A stretch of 64,000 nt of DNA from a virus. Its lineage: Duplodnaviria > Caudoviricetes. Positions 47,124-56,559 of the stretch are shown here, piece by piece. The notes under the pieces are model-generated. The model made no database searches. It was not told the DNA's origin and saw only the letters and a list, made by a program, of their open reading frames with translations. The number at the start of each line of letters is the position of its first letter. The stretch's first letter is position 1. Location: the IMG/VR virus record IMGVR_UViG_3300020049_016712, positions 1 through 64,000 of that record. One strand, 5' to 3'. The translations under genes were made by a program, and so were the position numbers.

Positions 47124-47473
47124 TAGCTTTTACCGCCTTTCGAGGTTTTCGCGCCGGCCTTTGCACTGCTCTTGGCTTTCGGCTCGGGATCAGCTTTCGG
47201 TTCCGGTTTTGACTCTTCGGCTTCTCGCACCGATTTGAAGTCTCCCTCGAGAACCTCGAAACCGACCTTGGTTCCGTCGTCGAGAACGGAGAACGGCCGA
47301 GCCTTTTTCATCGCGATGGCCAGGTGCGTGGCGAACTTCTCGGGCTTCCCGTATCGGGTTACGACCTCTCCGACACCTCCAGGGAGGTTGACGATCCGCA
47401 CATAAGCGCCCCCTGGATTGTTGGGACCAGGGTGCAAAACGCAGAGAACCGCTTGATTTTTCTTCTTGGCCAT
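47123..47473 (-). CDS. Small basic virion-module protein
   Basis: Directly behind the late motif. Confidence 0.6.
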   Translation of the reverse strand: MAKKKNQAVLCVLHPGPNNPGGAYVRIVNLPGGVGEVVTRYGKPEKFATHLAIAMKKARPFSVLDDGTKVGFEVLEGDFKSVREAEESKPEPKADPEPKAKSSAKAGAKTSKGGKS

Positions 47474-47495
47474 GTTGAAAAACTACCTCGGTAAC

Positions 47496-47527
47496 CCGAT
47501 TTCCGCGCATGCGGAACGGGAACCTTT
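47496..47527 (-). promoter_or_regulatory. Late-gene motif
   Basis: ccgatttccgcgcatgcggaa-cgg-gaaccttt. Confidence 0.7.
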
Positions 47528-47529
47528 GG

Positions 47530-48546
47530 CTAAGAGACAGGGCCTTGAGTCTGGCCTCTGATGGTCAGATTAATCCCGAAGCACGATACTCGAAGATTCG
47601 GATCGCCTAGCGGATGGTCCAAATCGTCTTCGATTGCCTCGATCAGGGTGGATTCAATCTCGGTGAATCCATTAACTCCAAGTTGCGGCGCAAATCCGGT
47701 GCGCGCAAACGGGTCGACGAACCGCTTCAACGCCCTCAGAGTGCGCTCGTGATGGTCCTGGCCCGGAACCTGAACCGCGTAATAGCGAATCTCGTAGACA
47801 TACTCAGCATTCGCTTTGCAGGCACCGATTGTTGCAGAATTAGAATTGCCCGAAACAGCGCGCAGGGTGGCTTTGGGTAATCTGGTACGCGGCAGAGACG
47901 GATAAATCAAATCCTGAGTTGGGCGCCCTGTCCAACCCCAGGAAACCAGACCGAGCGGACTCACCACCGATGAACTCAGGAATGTAATGAGCGCGTCGCC
48001 AACCTCCTTGAGTTCCGACTCGTGGAATCCGGTGTCCCCCTGGTCTGTTCCCGACGTGCCCGAAACAGAACGTGTCTCCTGCACCTCAATTTCGAAATCG
48101 GCGCGCGCGACATGGCACCAAACTCCATCCACCAGTTCGCCGTATCCGATGGTCCCGAAACTTGGCAGGCCATGCGTGTTGCAAACTCCTCCGAGCGTCC
48201 TGTCACCAGTTTCCAGATCCTCGGAAATAGCGTCGATGATATCCTGGAAATCGTCCTCGGTGAGATACTCGGAATCGTGACTCAGATACCCTGCCAGTGC
48301 CACCCGGAATCGCGTCACGATGACATCATCAGACTCTTCATGGTCGGTCGCCGTGCGGCCCATCCTGGTGATCTCCCAGAAATGCACGGTATCGGTTCCC
48401 GCGCCTTCATCCTCGCCGAACAACGTGCGCCAATCGCGCGAGGTCGGGGAACCGTCCGTCCATTCCTGGCGAGAATGGCACTGCGTTCCCGAGGCGGCAG
48501 CAATGCGAGCCGCCAGAGCCGTTCGGATAGCTGACCAGTCAGCCAT
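47530..48546 (-). CDS. Tail terminator-like protein, apparently two tandem domains
   Basis: Head-tail module position. Confidence 0.55.
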   Translation of the reverse strand: MADWSAIRTALAARIAAASGTQCHSRQEWTDGSPTSRDWRTLFGEDEGAGTDTVHFWEITRMGRTATDHEESDDVIVTRFRVALAGYLSHDSEYLTEDDFQDIIDAISEDLETGDRTLGGVCNTHGLPSFGTIGYGELVDGVWCHVARADFEIEVQETRSVSGTSGTDQGDTGFHESELKEVGDALITFLSSSVVSPLGLVSWGWTGRPTQDLIYPSLPRTRLPKATLRAVSGNSNSATIGACKANAEYVYEIRYYAVQVPGQDHHERTLRALKRFVDPFARTGFAPQLGVNGFTEIESTLIEAIEDDLDHPLGDPNLRVSCFGINLTIRGQTQGPVS

Positions 48547-49035
48547 TTATCCCAGCTCCTTGAGCACTTCGATTTCCAGCCTGGAACGCAGGAGTCGACC
48601 GATCTTCGGCAACTGTGCATCAGCCGTTTTCTGCACGAACTTTTGCCCAGGAGTTGGCGTGTGCGCCTTCTTGCGCGAGATAGCAAACGCAATGCCGCGC
48701 GCCGCGATGGGGTCGGGATTGATTTTCAGTTGAACCCATGGCACCAGAGCGTAAACCGGAACGGGAGCGGCGCGTCGACCGAATTCAACAGGTCTGAGCC
48801 AGATCGGATCCTTTGTTGAAAAAACTTCCCAGGCCAGCAATCCGGTTTTTCGGATGTTCCAAGAGTTCTGCAGGGAGTCGCTCGACGGACTGGCGCCAAC
48901 CGGTGTTGCGAATTGAATATCATGCATCAATCCAAGAGCCGCATCTTCAATAGGCCTGTCTAACCGATTCTCGACGGCCTTCAGCGGTTTCTTGAAAAAG
49001 TTTCCTACCGCCCTGAACTTCGCTTTGATGTCCAC
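48547..49035 (-). CDS. HK97 gp10-like head-tail protein
   Basis: TPV....L.NSW, VEFGR, T.GQ.F. Confidence 0.8.
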   Translation of the reverse strand: MDIKAKFRAVGNFFKKPLKAVENRLDRPIEDAALGLMHDIQFATPVGASPSSDSLQNSWNIRKTGLLAWEVFSTKDPIWLRPVEFGRRAAPVPVYALVPWVQLKINPDPIAARGIAFAISRKKAHTPTPGQKFVQKTADAQLPKIGRLLRSRLEIEVLKELG

Positions 49036-49136
49036 ATGCTAGGAATTCCGCGCAGGCCGAAGACCTCCCTTACTTCGCACAAACAAAAGCCTAGAAGGGG
49101 CCAACCGGCATAGGGGATGCCTTTTCCCACAGACAC

Positions 49137-49568
49137 ATGGGCTCGGTTGCCGGATGGTATCGGCTTCGCGTAGGAATGGATGGGGTGAGCTTAGAACTCA
49201 TGAGCATGGACAAACTAGAGGTCATGACAATCATGTTCCGGCGCATCGGCGGCGCCTTCGAGGCCTGCATGGAATGCGGATACGTGCTTACCGTCAAAGA
49301 ATGTGACGGGAACCCGCTGAAATTCAGATTCTCCATCCACGAACCCAACGGGCAAAAGCGGGGTGGAATCCTCGAGTTTACTGAGGAATCAACTCCCTCA
49401 GAAGTCGAGTTCGCGTTCGACGAGTTGGCCAAATGTGTTTCCTCGGTAATTGGGAGAGGCAATCGCCTGGTTCGGGACCGCTTCATGGATAGAGTCCGGT
49501 CTGGGTGGGTTGTGCGAGGTAACCCATCCAACTTCTCGCAACGGTTCAGACCGGAAACCTCATTCTAA
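49137..49568 (+). CDS. Island hypothetical protein
   Basis: CMECG; opposite strand to the late genes. Confidence 0.5.
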   Translation: MGSVAGWYRLRVGMDGVSLELMSMDKLEVMTIMFRRIGGAFEACMECGYVLTVKECDGNPLKFRFSIHEPNGQKRGGILEFTEESTPSEVEFAFDELAKCVSSVIGRGNRLVRDRFMDRVRSGWVVRGNPSNFSQRFRPETSF

Positions 49569-49671
49569 GGGAAAACCCCAGAACCGAGATCCCGGGGCCT
49601 TCAATAGGGGTTTTGTGCGAGGTAACCCTTCAACCGAACCGGATAGAATCCTTCGTAGACAGGAATAGAAG

Positions 49672-49986
49672 ATGCTGCAAATATGGAAGTTCAACCTCAG
49701 TAGCGAACTCAACTTCTCGGTGGTCGAGTTGGAATTGCGGCCCGAGAAGAACAACCCGCGCGACCGGCTGCAAGTGAACATGTTCGTCGAGGAGTGCAGG
49801 TCCATAATCGAGACCTTTGCTATACCCGGTATCGTTGATGATTTTTCAGGATACGAGTTGGCATCGTTCAACATTTCGGTCAACTGCGATGCGATGAGCT
49901 TTGCGCTCGAACTCGGAATCGTTTGCGGTGAAACTGTCGGGGCGGTGCGTGATGTGCATGCCAGAATCACGCGCGGGTACTTCTAG
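49672..49986 (+). CDS. Island hypothetical protein
   Basis: AGGA RBS. Confidence 0.55.
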   Translation: MLQIWKFNLSSELNFSVVELELRPEKNNPRDRLQVNMFVEECRSIIETFAIPGIVDDFSGYELASFNISVNCDAMSFALELGIVCGETVGAVRDVHARITRGYF

Positions 49987-49988
49987 CC

Positions 49989-50246
49989 CTATTCGAGCCG
50001 GACCATCCATCTTTGAACGTAACCTTCCAGGTCTCCCGTTTCGCTAACATGGTTAGGATCAAGAGTCGCCAACTCGAGTTCCTTCCCGCATTGTACGCAT
50101 CCCATGGTCACACGGGTAAATTTTTCCAGATAAGCAAGGGCCGAAATCGAGGTGGCGACTAAACGGCAATGGTCGCACCTGATGCGGATCCAATGCCCGG
50201 CCATTTGAGCCATGGTAATGACGGCATCCTGCTCATCTTTCGTCAT
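49989..50246 (-). CDS. Small Zn-ribbon protein
   Basis: CDHC..CVQCG; ATGA overlap. Confidence 0.6.
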   Translation of the reverse strand: MTKDEQDAVITMAQMAGHWIRIRCDHCRLVATSISALAYLEKFTRVTMGCVQCGKELELATLDPNHVSETGDLEGYVQRWMVRLE

Positions 50247-50617
50247 TCGAACACCGTAGCTTCGATGTCCGGCCTGCGCGCCCACTCGCCCGGACTGACG
50301 CATTCCCAGAATTCCAGGATTCGGATGGTATCGCTGTGCATGGTTGGACCAGAGGCGCAACATGGCAGATTGGGCGGGTCGCCCCAGCCGATGTGGTCGG
50401 GCCTGGAGGAGAGGCGAGGATTCTGTTTCTCGGGCAGGTGGAAACGCGGTTGCCACTCCTCGACCACGCGAAACCGGTGACCGCAGTTCCCGCAGGCAAT
50501 CTGCACTAGAGCCACCTCTTGCGAGTAAACTCCGCACTCGGATGGGGAGAATTGGCAAAAGCGCGGATACCCGTCCGAGGTCCACCAGGTTGGGCTTCCT
50601 CTAGCCATTCCAGACAC
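50243..50617 (-). CDS. Zn-ribbon hypothetical protein
   Basis: CGNCG. Confidence 0.6.
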   Translation of the reverse strand: MSGMARGSPTWWTSDGYPRFCQFSPSECGVYSQEVALVQIACGNCGHRFRVVEEWQPRFHLPEKQNPRLSSRPDHIGWGDPPNLPCCASGPTMHSDTIRILEFWECVSPGEWARRPDIEATVFE

Positions 50618-51434
50618 CGCACAGTTCCACGTGCTTGGCTTCCTGCTCTGGTGTAAACTCGGGCTCGATGCCGAAAATTCCGTCCAGGTAACTCTCGTGT
50701 CTATCTGCCATCCTGGTCAGTGTCTCGAGCGGGTCGCGCTCGGATTTGGCCACCAGAGGAGCATACACGGCCTCAGCAACCGCTTTACCGCCACCCCAGT
50801 TTGACACGGCCTGGCGCTGTTGCCGCTTGGCCTCGATGGCCCGCTCGCGCCCCTGGGCCGCGTAATTGGCTTCCTTGGCCGCGAAATAGTCCAGGGCTCC
50901 CCGCAGGTCGTCCGGGCTGCTGTCCACGCTCTGAGGGGAACTCACGCCTTCGCGCGGCCCGTCATCGTCGCCGTCGGGCTCGTCTTGACCCTTGATCTGA
51001 GCCATGGTGTCGCGCAGGGCAACAGCGAATTGAGCCGGGGTGAGCTTGGCGTGGGTCGTGTGGGGTATGCCGATGCGGGCGGCACAGACCGGGCCGAAAC
51101 CAGTGTCCAACGAGGCCGGGGTGGTCAACGCCTTGTTGCAACGCGCGCAGCACTTGTCGGCGATGCGGATTTCGAGGCCTTCGACCGGTCTTCCGGCAAT
51201 GGTCTGAGCCATCGCGCGGACAAAGAACGCGGCCACTCGCTCGTGTTCGCCGCCCCGGAATTTCTTCCAGGTAACCAGGCGGCCGTCGGCCTTCAGGAAC
51301 CCGATGGCCAGGTATTGGTCGTGGCCGATGCAGCGCGAAACGATGCGCTCACCGGCTTTGGCCCACGTCGACACGCGAAAGGTGACGTGGTTTCCGGTCT
51401 TGGCGTTGCGCAAGGTGTAAGTGGCGTTAATCAT
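50601..51434 (-). CDS. DUF6011-like Zn-finger early protein
   Basis: CARCNKALTTPAS..TGFGPVC. Confidence 0.75.
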   Translation of the reverse strand: MINATYTLRNAKTGNHVTFRVSTWAKAGERIVSRCIGHDQYLAIGFLKADGRLVTWKKFRGGEHERVAAFFVRAMAQTIAGRPVEGLEIRIADKCCARCNKALTTPASLDTGFGPVCAARIGIPHTTHAKLTPAQFAVALRDTMAQIKGQDEPDGDDDGPREGVSSPQSVDSSPDDLRGALDYFAAKEANYAAQGRERAIEAKRQQRQAVSNWGGGKAVAEAVYAPLVAKSERDPLETLTRMADRHESYLDGIFGIEPEFTPEQEAKHVELCGVWNG

Positions 51435-51499
51435 CGTTCGTTGCTCCGTCCGTTCGTTTGCTCTGAACTGAGTATAACAATAACGTTAACGGTTGTCAA
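51435..51499 (-). promoter_or_regulatory. Early promoter TTGACA-N3-GTTAAC...TATACT plus leader
   Basis: -35 51499-51494, -10 51476-51471. Confidence 0.8.
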
Positions 51500-51622
51500 C
51501 TAATGAGAAAAAGAGAACGGGCCGCTGGGGGCCCGCTTGCGGGTTATGCACGCACTGCACAACCCCTACTTAGGTACTACTAGATCTGCCATTGGTGTTC
51601 ATCGGTTGGGGCTTGGATTCCT

Positions 51623-52633
51623 TCAAAAAAGAGTATATTGCTCCGCGTCCGATTTCAGGCAGGCTGGAGAGAACCACAGGCGTTCGCGGTTCGGGTTGTC
51701 GTTACCCGATTTGCTCTGGCCCGAGTATCCTCCGGACGCTTTCCATGCCACGGTTTCCCATCCTTTGGCCTCCAGGCGTTGCGTCCAGGGTCCATCGTAT
51801 CCGCACAAGCAGATTCTCAAGAGCGGGTTCGAACCGTTCTCGAGGCAGTAGTCGACAACCTCATGGAACAGATTGGCGTCATCTTCGCCCTCGGCATAAA
51901 CGTCGGTGCATCGGTCATCGTGGGCGTAGGGCGGGTCGAGGAACATTCCAGTCATTCCGTTATGGCTGGTTGGGGTTGGTCCGCAAACGCGCTTCCAGTC
52001 TCCCGAGCATACTCTTACACGCCGCAACCGGTTGGACAATTCCTGCATGTAGTCTAGCAGCGAATCCGATGATGCACGGTTGATTCCTTGACCACTATCT
52101 CCCAGATGTGGGAGTTGCCGGTTGATGCCTTGGCCGCGATTGCCAAGACTTGGAAGTTGCCGCTTGATTCCGCCTGATTTTTCCATCTTGAGCAAGCGTC
52201 CCTCTGAAACGCGCCATGGGCCATTGCAGTAACACCAACCGCTGCCAATCCAGGAAGCGATCCCCCAGAGCCACCAACCGGCAATCATGGGATCAAAATA
52301 CTCGGGATCGCCCTCGAGACGCTCGACCAACTCGGAACGGCGCACGTGTAGGTAATGATGCCGCGCATGCAGGTCGTTTTCATTGATCGGCCAATCCGCC
52401 CAATGCGTAACCGATTCAGGGTCGAGCGCGATGGCTCGCCACACATTGCAGATAAAACCATCTTTGTCGTTAACGGTCTCGAGTTTGCCCTCCCAATCCG
52501 GGCGCCCGAGAAGCATCGCCAGCGAACCTGCGAACGGCTCGACATAGTTTGGCGGATTACCGAGGCGCGGCCAAACCTCATCAACGACTTTCGATTTCCC
52601 GCCAAACCACGGGAATGGGGCTCTGAGCGTCAA
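51623..52633 (-). CDS. Dam/D12-class DNA adenine methyltransferase
   Basis: PWFGGKS, EPFAGS, NDKD, FLDPPY; ends QYTLF. Confidence 0.9.
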   Translation of the reverse strand: MTLRAPFPWFGGKSKVVDEVWPRLGNPPNYVEPFAGSLAMLLGRPDWEGKLETVNDKDGFICNVWRAIALDPESVTHWADWPINENDLHARHHYLHVRRSELVERLEGDPEYFDPMIAGWWLWGIASWIGSGWCYCNGPWRVSEGRLLKMEKSGGIKRQLPSLGNRGQGINRQLPHLGDSGQGINRASSDSLLDYMQELSNRLRRVRVCSGDWKRVCGPTPTSHNGMTGMFLDPPYAHDDRCTDVYAEGEDDANLFHEVVDYCLENGSNPLLRICLCGYDGPWTQRLEAKGWETVAWKASGGYSGQSKSGNDNPNRERLWFSPACLKSDAEQYTLF

Positions 52634-53310
52634 AACGGTAAATCCTCCTCTTGCTCGTCAGTGGCCGGCGGTCTCGTCATTTCTCCAGCGATGAACTCCT
52701 CGACGGTTACCGGCCACTTCGTGATTCCGCACCTGTGCATAACGTATCCTTCGACATCGTCGCCCCAACGTTTGCGAAGCCCACTCGAGTGTCTCAACAG
52801 GAATCTAGCAGCAGTTCGGCAATCATCTAGCAATATCTCGATTTTGGCCAACCCTGATCGAATTCTCCTCAATCCCAGGTCAATCTGGTTTTCGTAATAC
52901 TCGATATGGTCAGGCCATCCCCTCGGTCCACCATGAGGCAGCGCCATGCCTCCTGGGTCGGCTAATGCTTTCATGGTGGTTTCATCGAGCTTCTTCCTGT
53001 CCTGCGGTATCGAATACCTGAAAGGAGCAATGTTCGAGCGCACTCGATAAATACTGTGAAACGAGTTGCTAGTGCACTCCCATTTCAGCCCGATAAGCAA
53101 CTCGGGGACGCGCGTTCCGGTGTAAATGTCGAAAACATTCTTGCAGTTACCCGGAACATGAATCGAACAATATGCCTTGTTACGAGGCGGAACCGTATAC
53201 AGAGCCGTTCTCTCACACGCAAAATGCATGTTCCTGCGCACGTGGATCTTCTCGCACCGAACAGGCTCTTGCTCAAGCCTGCAATGAAAGGAAAGCCTGT
53301 CGTCACCCAT
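52630..53310 (-). CDS. Hypothetical protein
   Basis: Coupled to the methylase gene. Confidence 0.55.
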   Translation of the reverse strand: MGDDRLSFHCRLEQEPVRCEKIHVRRNMHFACERTALYTVPPRNKAYCSIHVPGNCKNVFDIYTGTRVPELLIGLKWECTSNSFHSIYRVRSNIAPFRYSIPQDRKKLDETTMKALADPGGMALPHGGPRGWPDHIEYYENQIDLGLRRIRSGLAKIEILLDDCRTAARFLLRHSSGLRKRWGDDVEGYVMHRCGITKWPVTVEEFIAGEMTRPPATDEQEEDLPF

Positions 53311-53327
53311 ACCGACGAGGTTCGTCG

Positions 53328-53645
53328 TTAACTGCCGTTATCCTTTGTTTCGAGCATATTCCTGATGCACAATTCCAGAGCGTCGACGGCTCGGTCAATC
53401 TCCTCATGGGTTCGCAACGAAACCCTTCCCCCGGGCCCCATGAGTGCACCTTTTGCAAGCAGCATCCTGGTCGATATTCCGACATGATCGCAGAAAAACT
53501 CGATGGCCAACTGGCTTCCGCTTGCCAATTTTCCGACATTTTGAAAAATCGTCATCGGATCGACTCCGAAAACGCGGCCAAGAACATAAGAATAAGCCCT
53601 CCAGTCTCCCGGAAGGCTATCCGCAACATACTCGAATGTGCTCAT
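53328..53645 (-). CDS. Hypothetical protein
   Basis: Operon context. Confidence 0.5.
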   Translation of the reverse strand: MSTFEYVADSLPGDWRAYSYVLGRVFGVDPMTIFQNVGKLASGSQLAIEFFCDHVGISTRMLLAKGALMGPGGRVSLRTHEEIDRAVDALELCIRNMLETKDNGS

Positions 53646-53677
53646 ATCACCGGATTCGATTTCCGGCGCGAGGAATC

Positions 53678-54553
53678 CTAGAAGGCTCCGAATACCACGG
53701 CGTTCAGGCTGGCCGCGTTGCTGTCGGCTTCGGTGCAGATGATACGCAACTCGTCGCCAGCTGCGAATGCCTGGTTCTGGTCGGCAGTGAACGTGTAGTA
53801 GTGATTCACCAACCTCAAAACGGCGGCCGTGTCAACCGAAGTCGTGGCACTCATGGCCGCCGAAACATTGAATCGAATCCAATACAGTTCGGTGTCGTTG
53901 ATGGTTTTCTTGGCCCAGTTACCGGCGGCCGGCATCGTGAACGTCACCAGTCCGGTTTGCGCCAGCGTTGCACCACCCGAAGCCGTTCCGTCCGAGGCAA
54001 CAGTCATCGTGGCCCAGGCCGACCCAGTCCAATACTGAGCAGCCAACGTGGCTGCATTGGCGTTCACTTCGGCGCCGTCCATCGTCAAGCGCACACCACC
54101 GAACATATCGGAGTACCCGACATAGAAGTAATCGCCATTCGCAGCCGTGCTCAGGGCATCGAGTTGGGCATGGCCGGTCCCGGTGACCTGAGTCAAGTAT
54201 GACGTGAACGTCGCCTCGTTATCGGTGGTCACCAGGAAATCCGAGGGACTGATTTCCCGAGCAAACGCCTGAGCCGAGGAGAAGAGCGAAAGGCCGCCCA
54301 CCGACACGTTGACCGAGAACGAATCCGTCGGGTTGGTGGGCAACGTCCCACACTGGAGGCGCAAGCCCTCGATGCGGCCTTTGCAAGGCAGGAAAACCCC
54401 AGAGGCTAGCATTCCGATTGCGGCCGGAGCCTTCAGCGGAAACGGCGCAACAATCTGCGCGCGGTCGACTCCCTCGCGATACTGGCGGCCGGAACTGTCC
54501 ACTCGGAACTCGCCCTTGTCGCCAAACTCAATGATGTCGGTCGGATTTCCCAT
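53678..54553 (-). CDS. Virion decoration protein with the shared TTD..SGGATLAQ domain
   Basis: GAGGAG RBS, late motif upstream. Confidence 0.65.
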   Translation of the reverse strand: MGNPTDIIEFGDKGEFRVDSSGRQYREGVDRAQIVAPFPLKAPAAIGMLASGVFLPCKGRIEGLRLQCGTLPTNPTDSFSVNVSVGGLSLFSSAQAFAREISPSDFLVTTDNEATFTSYLTQVTGTGHAQLDALSTAANGDYFYVGYSDMFGGVRLTMDGAEVNANAATLAAQYWTGSAWATMTVASDGTASGGATLAQTGLVTFTMPAAGNWAKKTINDTELYWIRFNVSAAMSATTSVDTAAVLRLVNHYYTFTADQNQAFAAGDELRIICTEADSNAASLNAVVFGAF

Positions 54554-54586
54554 TTTTCGCACTCCTCGCTAAACGGCTTACGGGTT

Positions 54587-54618
54587 CCGATTTCCGCGCA
54601 TGCCGAAAGCGAACCTTT
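54587..54618 (-). promoter_or_regulatory. Late-gene motif
   Basis: ccgatttccgcgcatgccgaa-agc-gaaccttt. Confidence 0.7.
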
Positions 54619-54629
54619 TCCAAGTGGTG

Positions 54630-54866
54630 CTAGGGGAATATGCCGCGCAACTGGTGAGCCGTCTCGACTAACGACTGGGCGCGAATATGGTGCGCGTAAT
54701 GCACCAGGGCGAACAGGCTGCGCTCGTTGCAATCCAGGACCTCATAAGCCTCGATGACCTCGGATAGGCTAAACTCGAAACGCGGAACATCGGGATAGCC
54801 GGCCAACCGCTCGATAACCCACAGATTAGAATCGGGAATTGGGGTTGAAGATTCTTCGCCGAACAT
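54630..54866 (-). CDS. Small hypothetical protein
   Basis: Same-strand gene run. Confidence 0.4.
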   Translation of the reverse strand: MFGEESSTPIPDSNLWVIERLAGYPDVPRFEFSLSEVIEAYEVLDCNERSLFALVHYAHHIRAQSLVETAHQLRGIFP

Positions 54867-55803
54867 TACGTCCCGTGGAAGCGAACCCGGTGTCCCAATT
54901 GCCGCGCACGGAATGGGCCCTTGATCGCTGCCCGATGTGGTTTTGATACTGCTGCTCCAGCATGGCGGCCATAGACTTGTAGGAGGATGGTTTCTGGTTG
55001 TAGGCCACTCCGTCAGCTCCCAGCCTGGCTCGTTCTGTTGCGCGCGAGTAGTATAGCGCAGCCATCCGGGCCCGGTCTGCGGCCATCAACAGGGCAACAC
55101 CCTCCTTGTCGTTAGCAGACAGGGTCGAGGTCGATGCCGTCAGCGTATGCGGGCCGCGATACCACAACAGGAACGATTGCCCAGGGTCGCCCTCCAGGAA
55201 GCGCAAAAACGACTTCTCCGAGCCTCCCGAATATCGCTTCTCCTGGGTCCAATCCGACTTGTCGAGCAGATTCGAATCGCCATCGGTGGAAATCGGGGAC
55301 TCAATATCCACCACCGAATGAGTGAGATCGTCCCACCCAGAAACAAGCGACTCGAGGTCATATAGGCCCGAGTCATTGTTCGACAGCGATACGACATGCT
55401 GGGCCGGCATATCCCGAGAAAACTTCAATACTGCAGCCTGAATAGAGCGGCCCTCGGCATTATCTAGAGCCAAGCAGTCGGCATAATCTCCAGTGGAGTG
55501 ATTGGCCTCCGTGGTCGAATTATAGGCCCGCGAGACCGTCAGCACAGGCGAAGTGGACTTGGCCGTTACCGCAACCTGTTCCGTTCCGATCAGGAACACG
55601 TCACCTACTCGGGCAGTGTCATAAAATCGCGTCTCGGCAGCCGCAACAGTCTCCCGCGAACCCTGGTCGAACGCTCGGGCTCGCAGAGAACTTCCTGAAA
55701 TGTTCAGGGCGGCGGTCAGGATACCGGACAGCATCAACGGAACAACACCGTCATCTAGCGGCGCGAGGTCCCGTGCACGATTGCGAACGTCGATCAGATC
55801 CAT
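54826..55803 (-). CDS. Head-tail adaptor-like protein with an inserted beta domain
   Basis: Head module position; degenerate late motif at 55816-55831. Confidence 0.6.
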   Translation of the reverse strand: MDLIDVRNRARDLAPLDDGVVPLMLSGILTAALNISGSSLRARAFDQGSRETVAAAETRFYDTARVGDVFLIGTEQVAVTAKSTSPVLTVSRAYNSTTEANHSTGDYADCLALDNAEGRSIQAAVLKFSRDMPAQHVVSLSNNDSGLYDLESLVSGWDDLTHSVVDIESPISTDGDSNLLDKSDWTQEKRYSGGSEKSFLRFLEGDPGQSFLLWYRGPHTLTASTSTLSANDKEGVALLMAADRARMAALYYSRATERARLGADGVAYNQKPSSYKSMAAMLEQQYQNHIGQRSRAHSVRGNWDTGFASTGRNVRRRIFNPNSRF

Positions 55804-55982
55804 CTACTGTTCAACTTCCGCGCAGGTTGAATATTTGCCTACAAACCCTGGCTTAACAACCCAGTGCTCGCACCAGTTCCACAGCCCTACAGTGATAGAA
55901 ATCACATTGCACAAACCGTCTTCGGCCCGATTAGCGCACGATGCGCAGTTCTGGGATACAGGCACTTCAACCTCACATTGGC

Positions 55983-56022
55983 AAAAATAAAGGGCCCTAG
56001 AACTCGCATCCTGGGGCCCTTT
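55983..56022 (-). terminator. Intrinsic terminator, T-tract on the minus strand
   Basis: AAAGGGCCC...GGGCCCTTT followed by ATTTTT. Confidence 0.75.
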
Positions 56023-56100
56023 CAGGCTTTACCTGTTCTGTTCGGAGCAAACGAAACGAACCAGTCTTGGCTTCGCAGGTGACGCAAGCGAAGCGATTGC
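56023..56100 (-). ncRNA. Putative solitary repeat-spacer small RNA antisense to early leaders
   Basis: 7-bp stem GCTTCGC/GCGAAGC, then CAAGAC, then TGGTTCGTTTCGTTTGCTCCG, then the terminator. Confidence 0.5.
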
Positions 56101-56164
56101 CTTATGCCCTGAGTATTCCCCAGACTTGAAAAAACTCCTTTTTCACCTTCAATTTTCTTCAATG

Positions 56165-56193
56165 TGGACAAACGTTAACAGATGTGATACGAT
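56165..56193 (+). promoter_or_regulatory. Early promoter variant TGGACA-N3-GTTAAC...TACGAT
   Basis: 17-nt spacing. Confidence 0.6.
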
Positions 56194-56199
56194 ACCCAT

Positions 56200-56559
56200 G
56201 TGAGCAAACTCCGGTGTTACGAGGGGCGCGCATGGCCAGCCCTTCACGACTTGTCTTATCGAAATTTAGGCCATCAGGTCTGCTATTTTCCCGGGTCATT
56301 GGATGGTTGCCCTGAAAAAATTGCTATTTGTCACGGGTGCAATTACGGCTCTAGCATAGGCTGGTCAAACGTAAAGGTCATCCCTGTTTCCCAATTTTAC
56401 CAGGGCAAAAGGGAATTCCATTTTTGCATCAGTTGTGACAATATGGTCGTCTCGGGAGTGATTCTCATGATCCCCATTTACTCAGATTACGCGCCGACCC
56501 GAACTGAATTGATGGACCTGTTCGAGGCTCACAAAATCTTGCGAGAGTTGGCGAAATGA
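56200..56559 (+). CDS. Island protein ending in ELAK
   Basis: CHGC/CISC; ATGA coupling. Confidence 0.65.
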   Translation: MSKLRCYEGRAWPALHDLSYRNLGHQVCYFPGSLDGCPEKIAICHGCNYGSSIGWSNVKVIPVSQFYQGKREFHFCISCDNMVVSGVILMIPIYSDYAPTRTELMDLFEAHKILRELAK

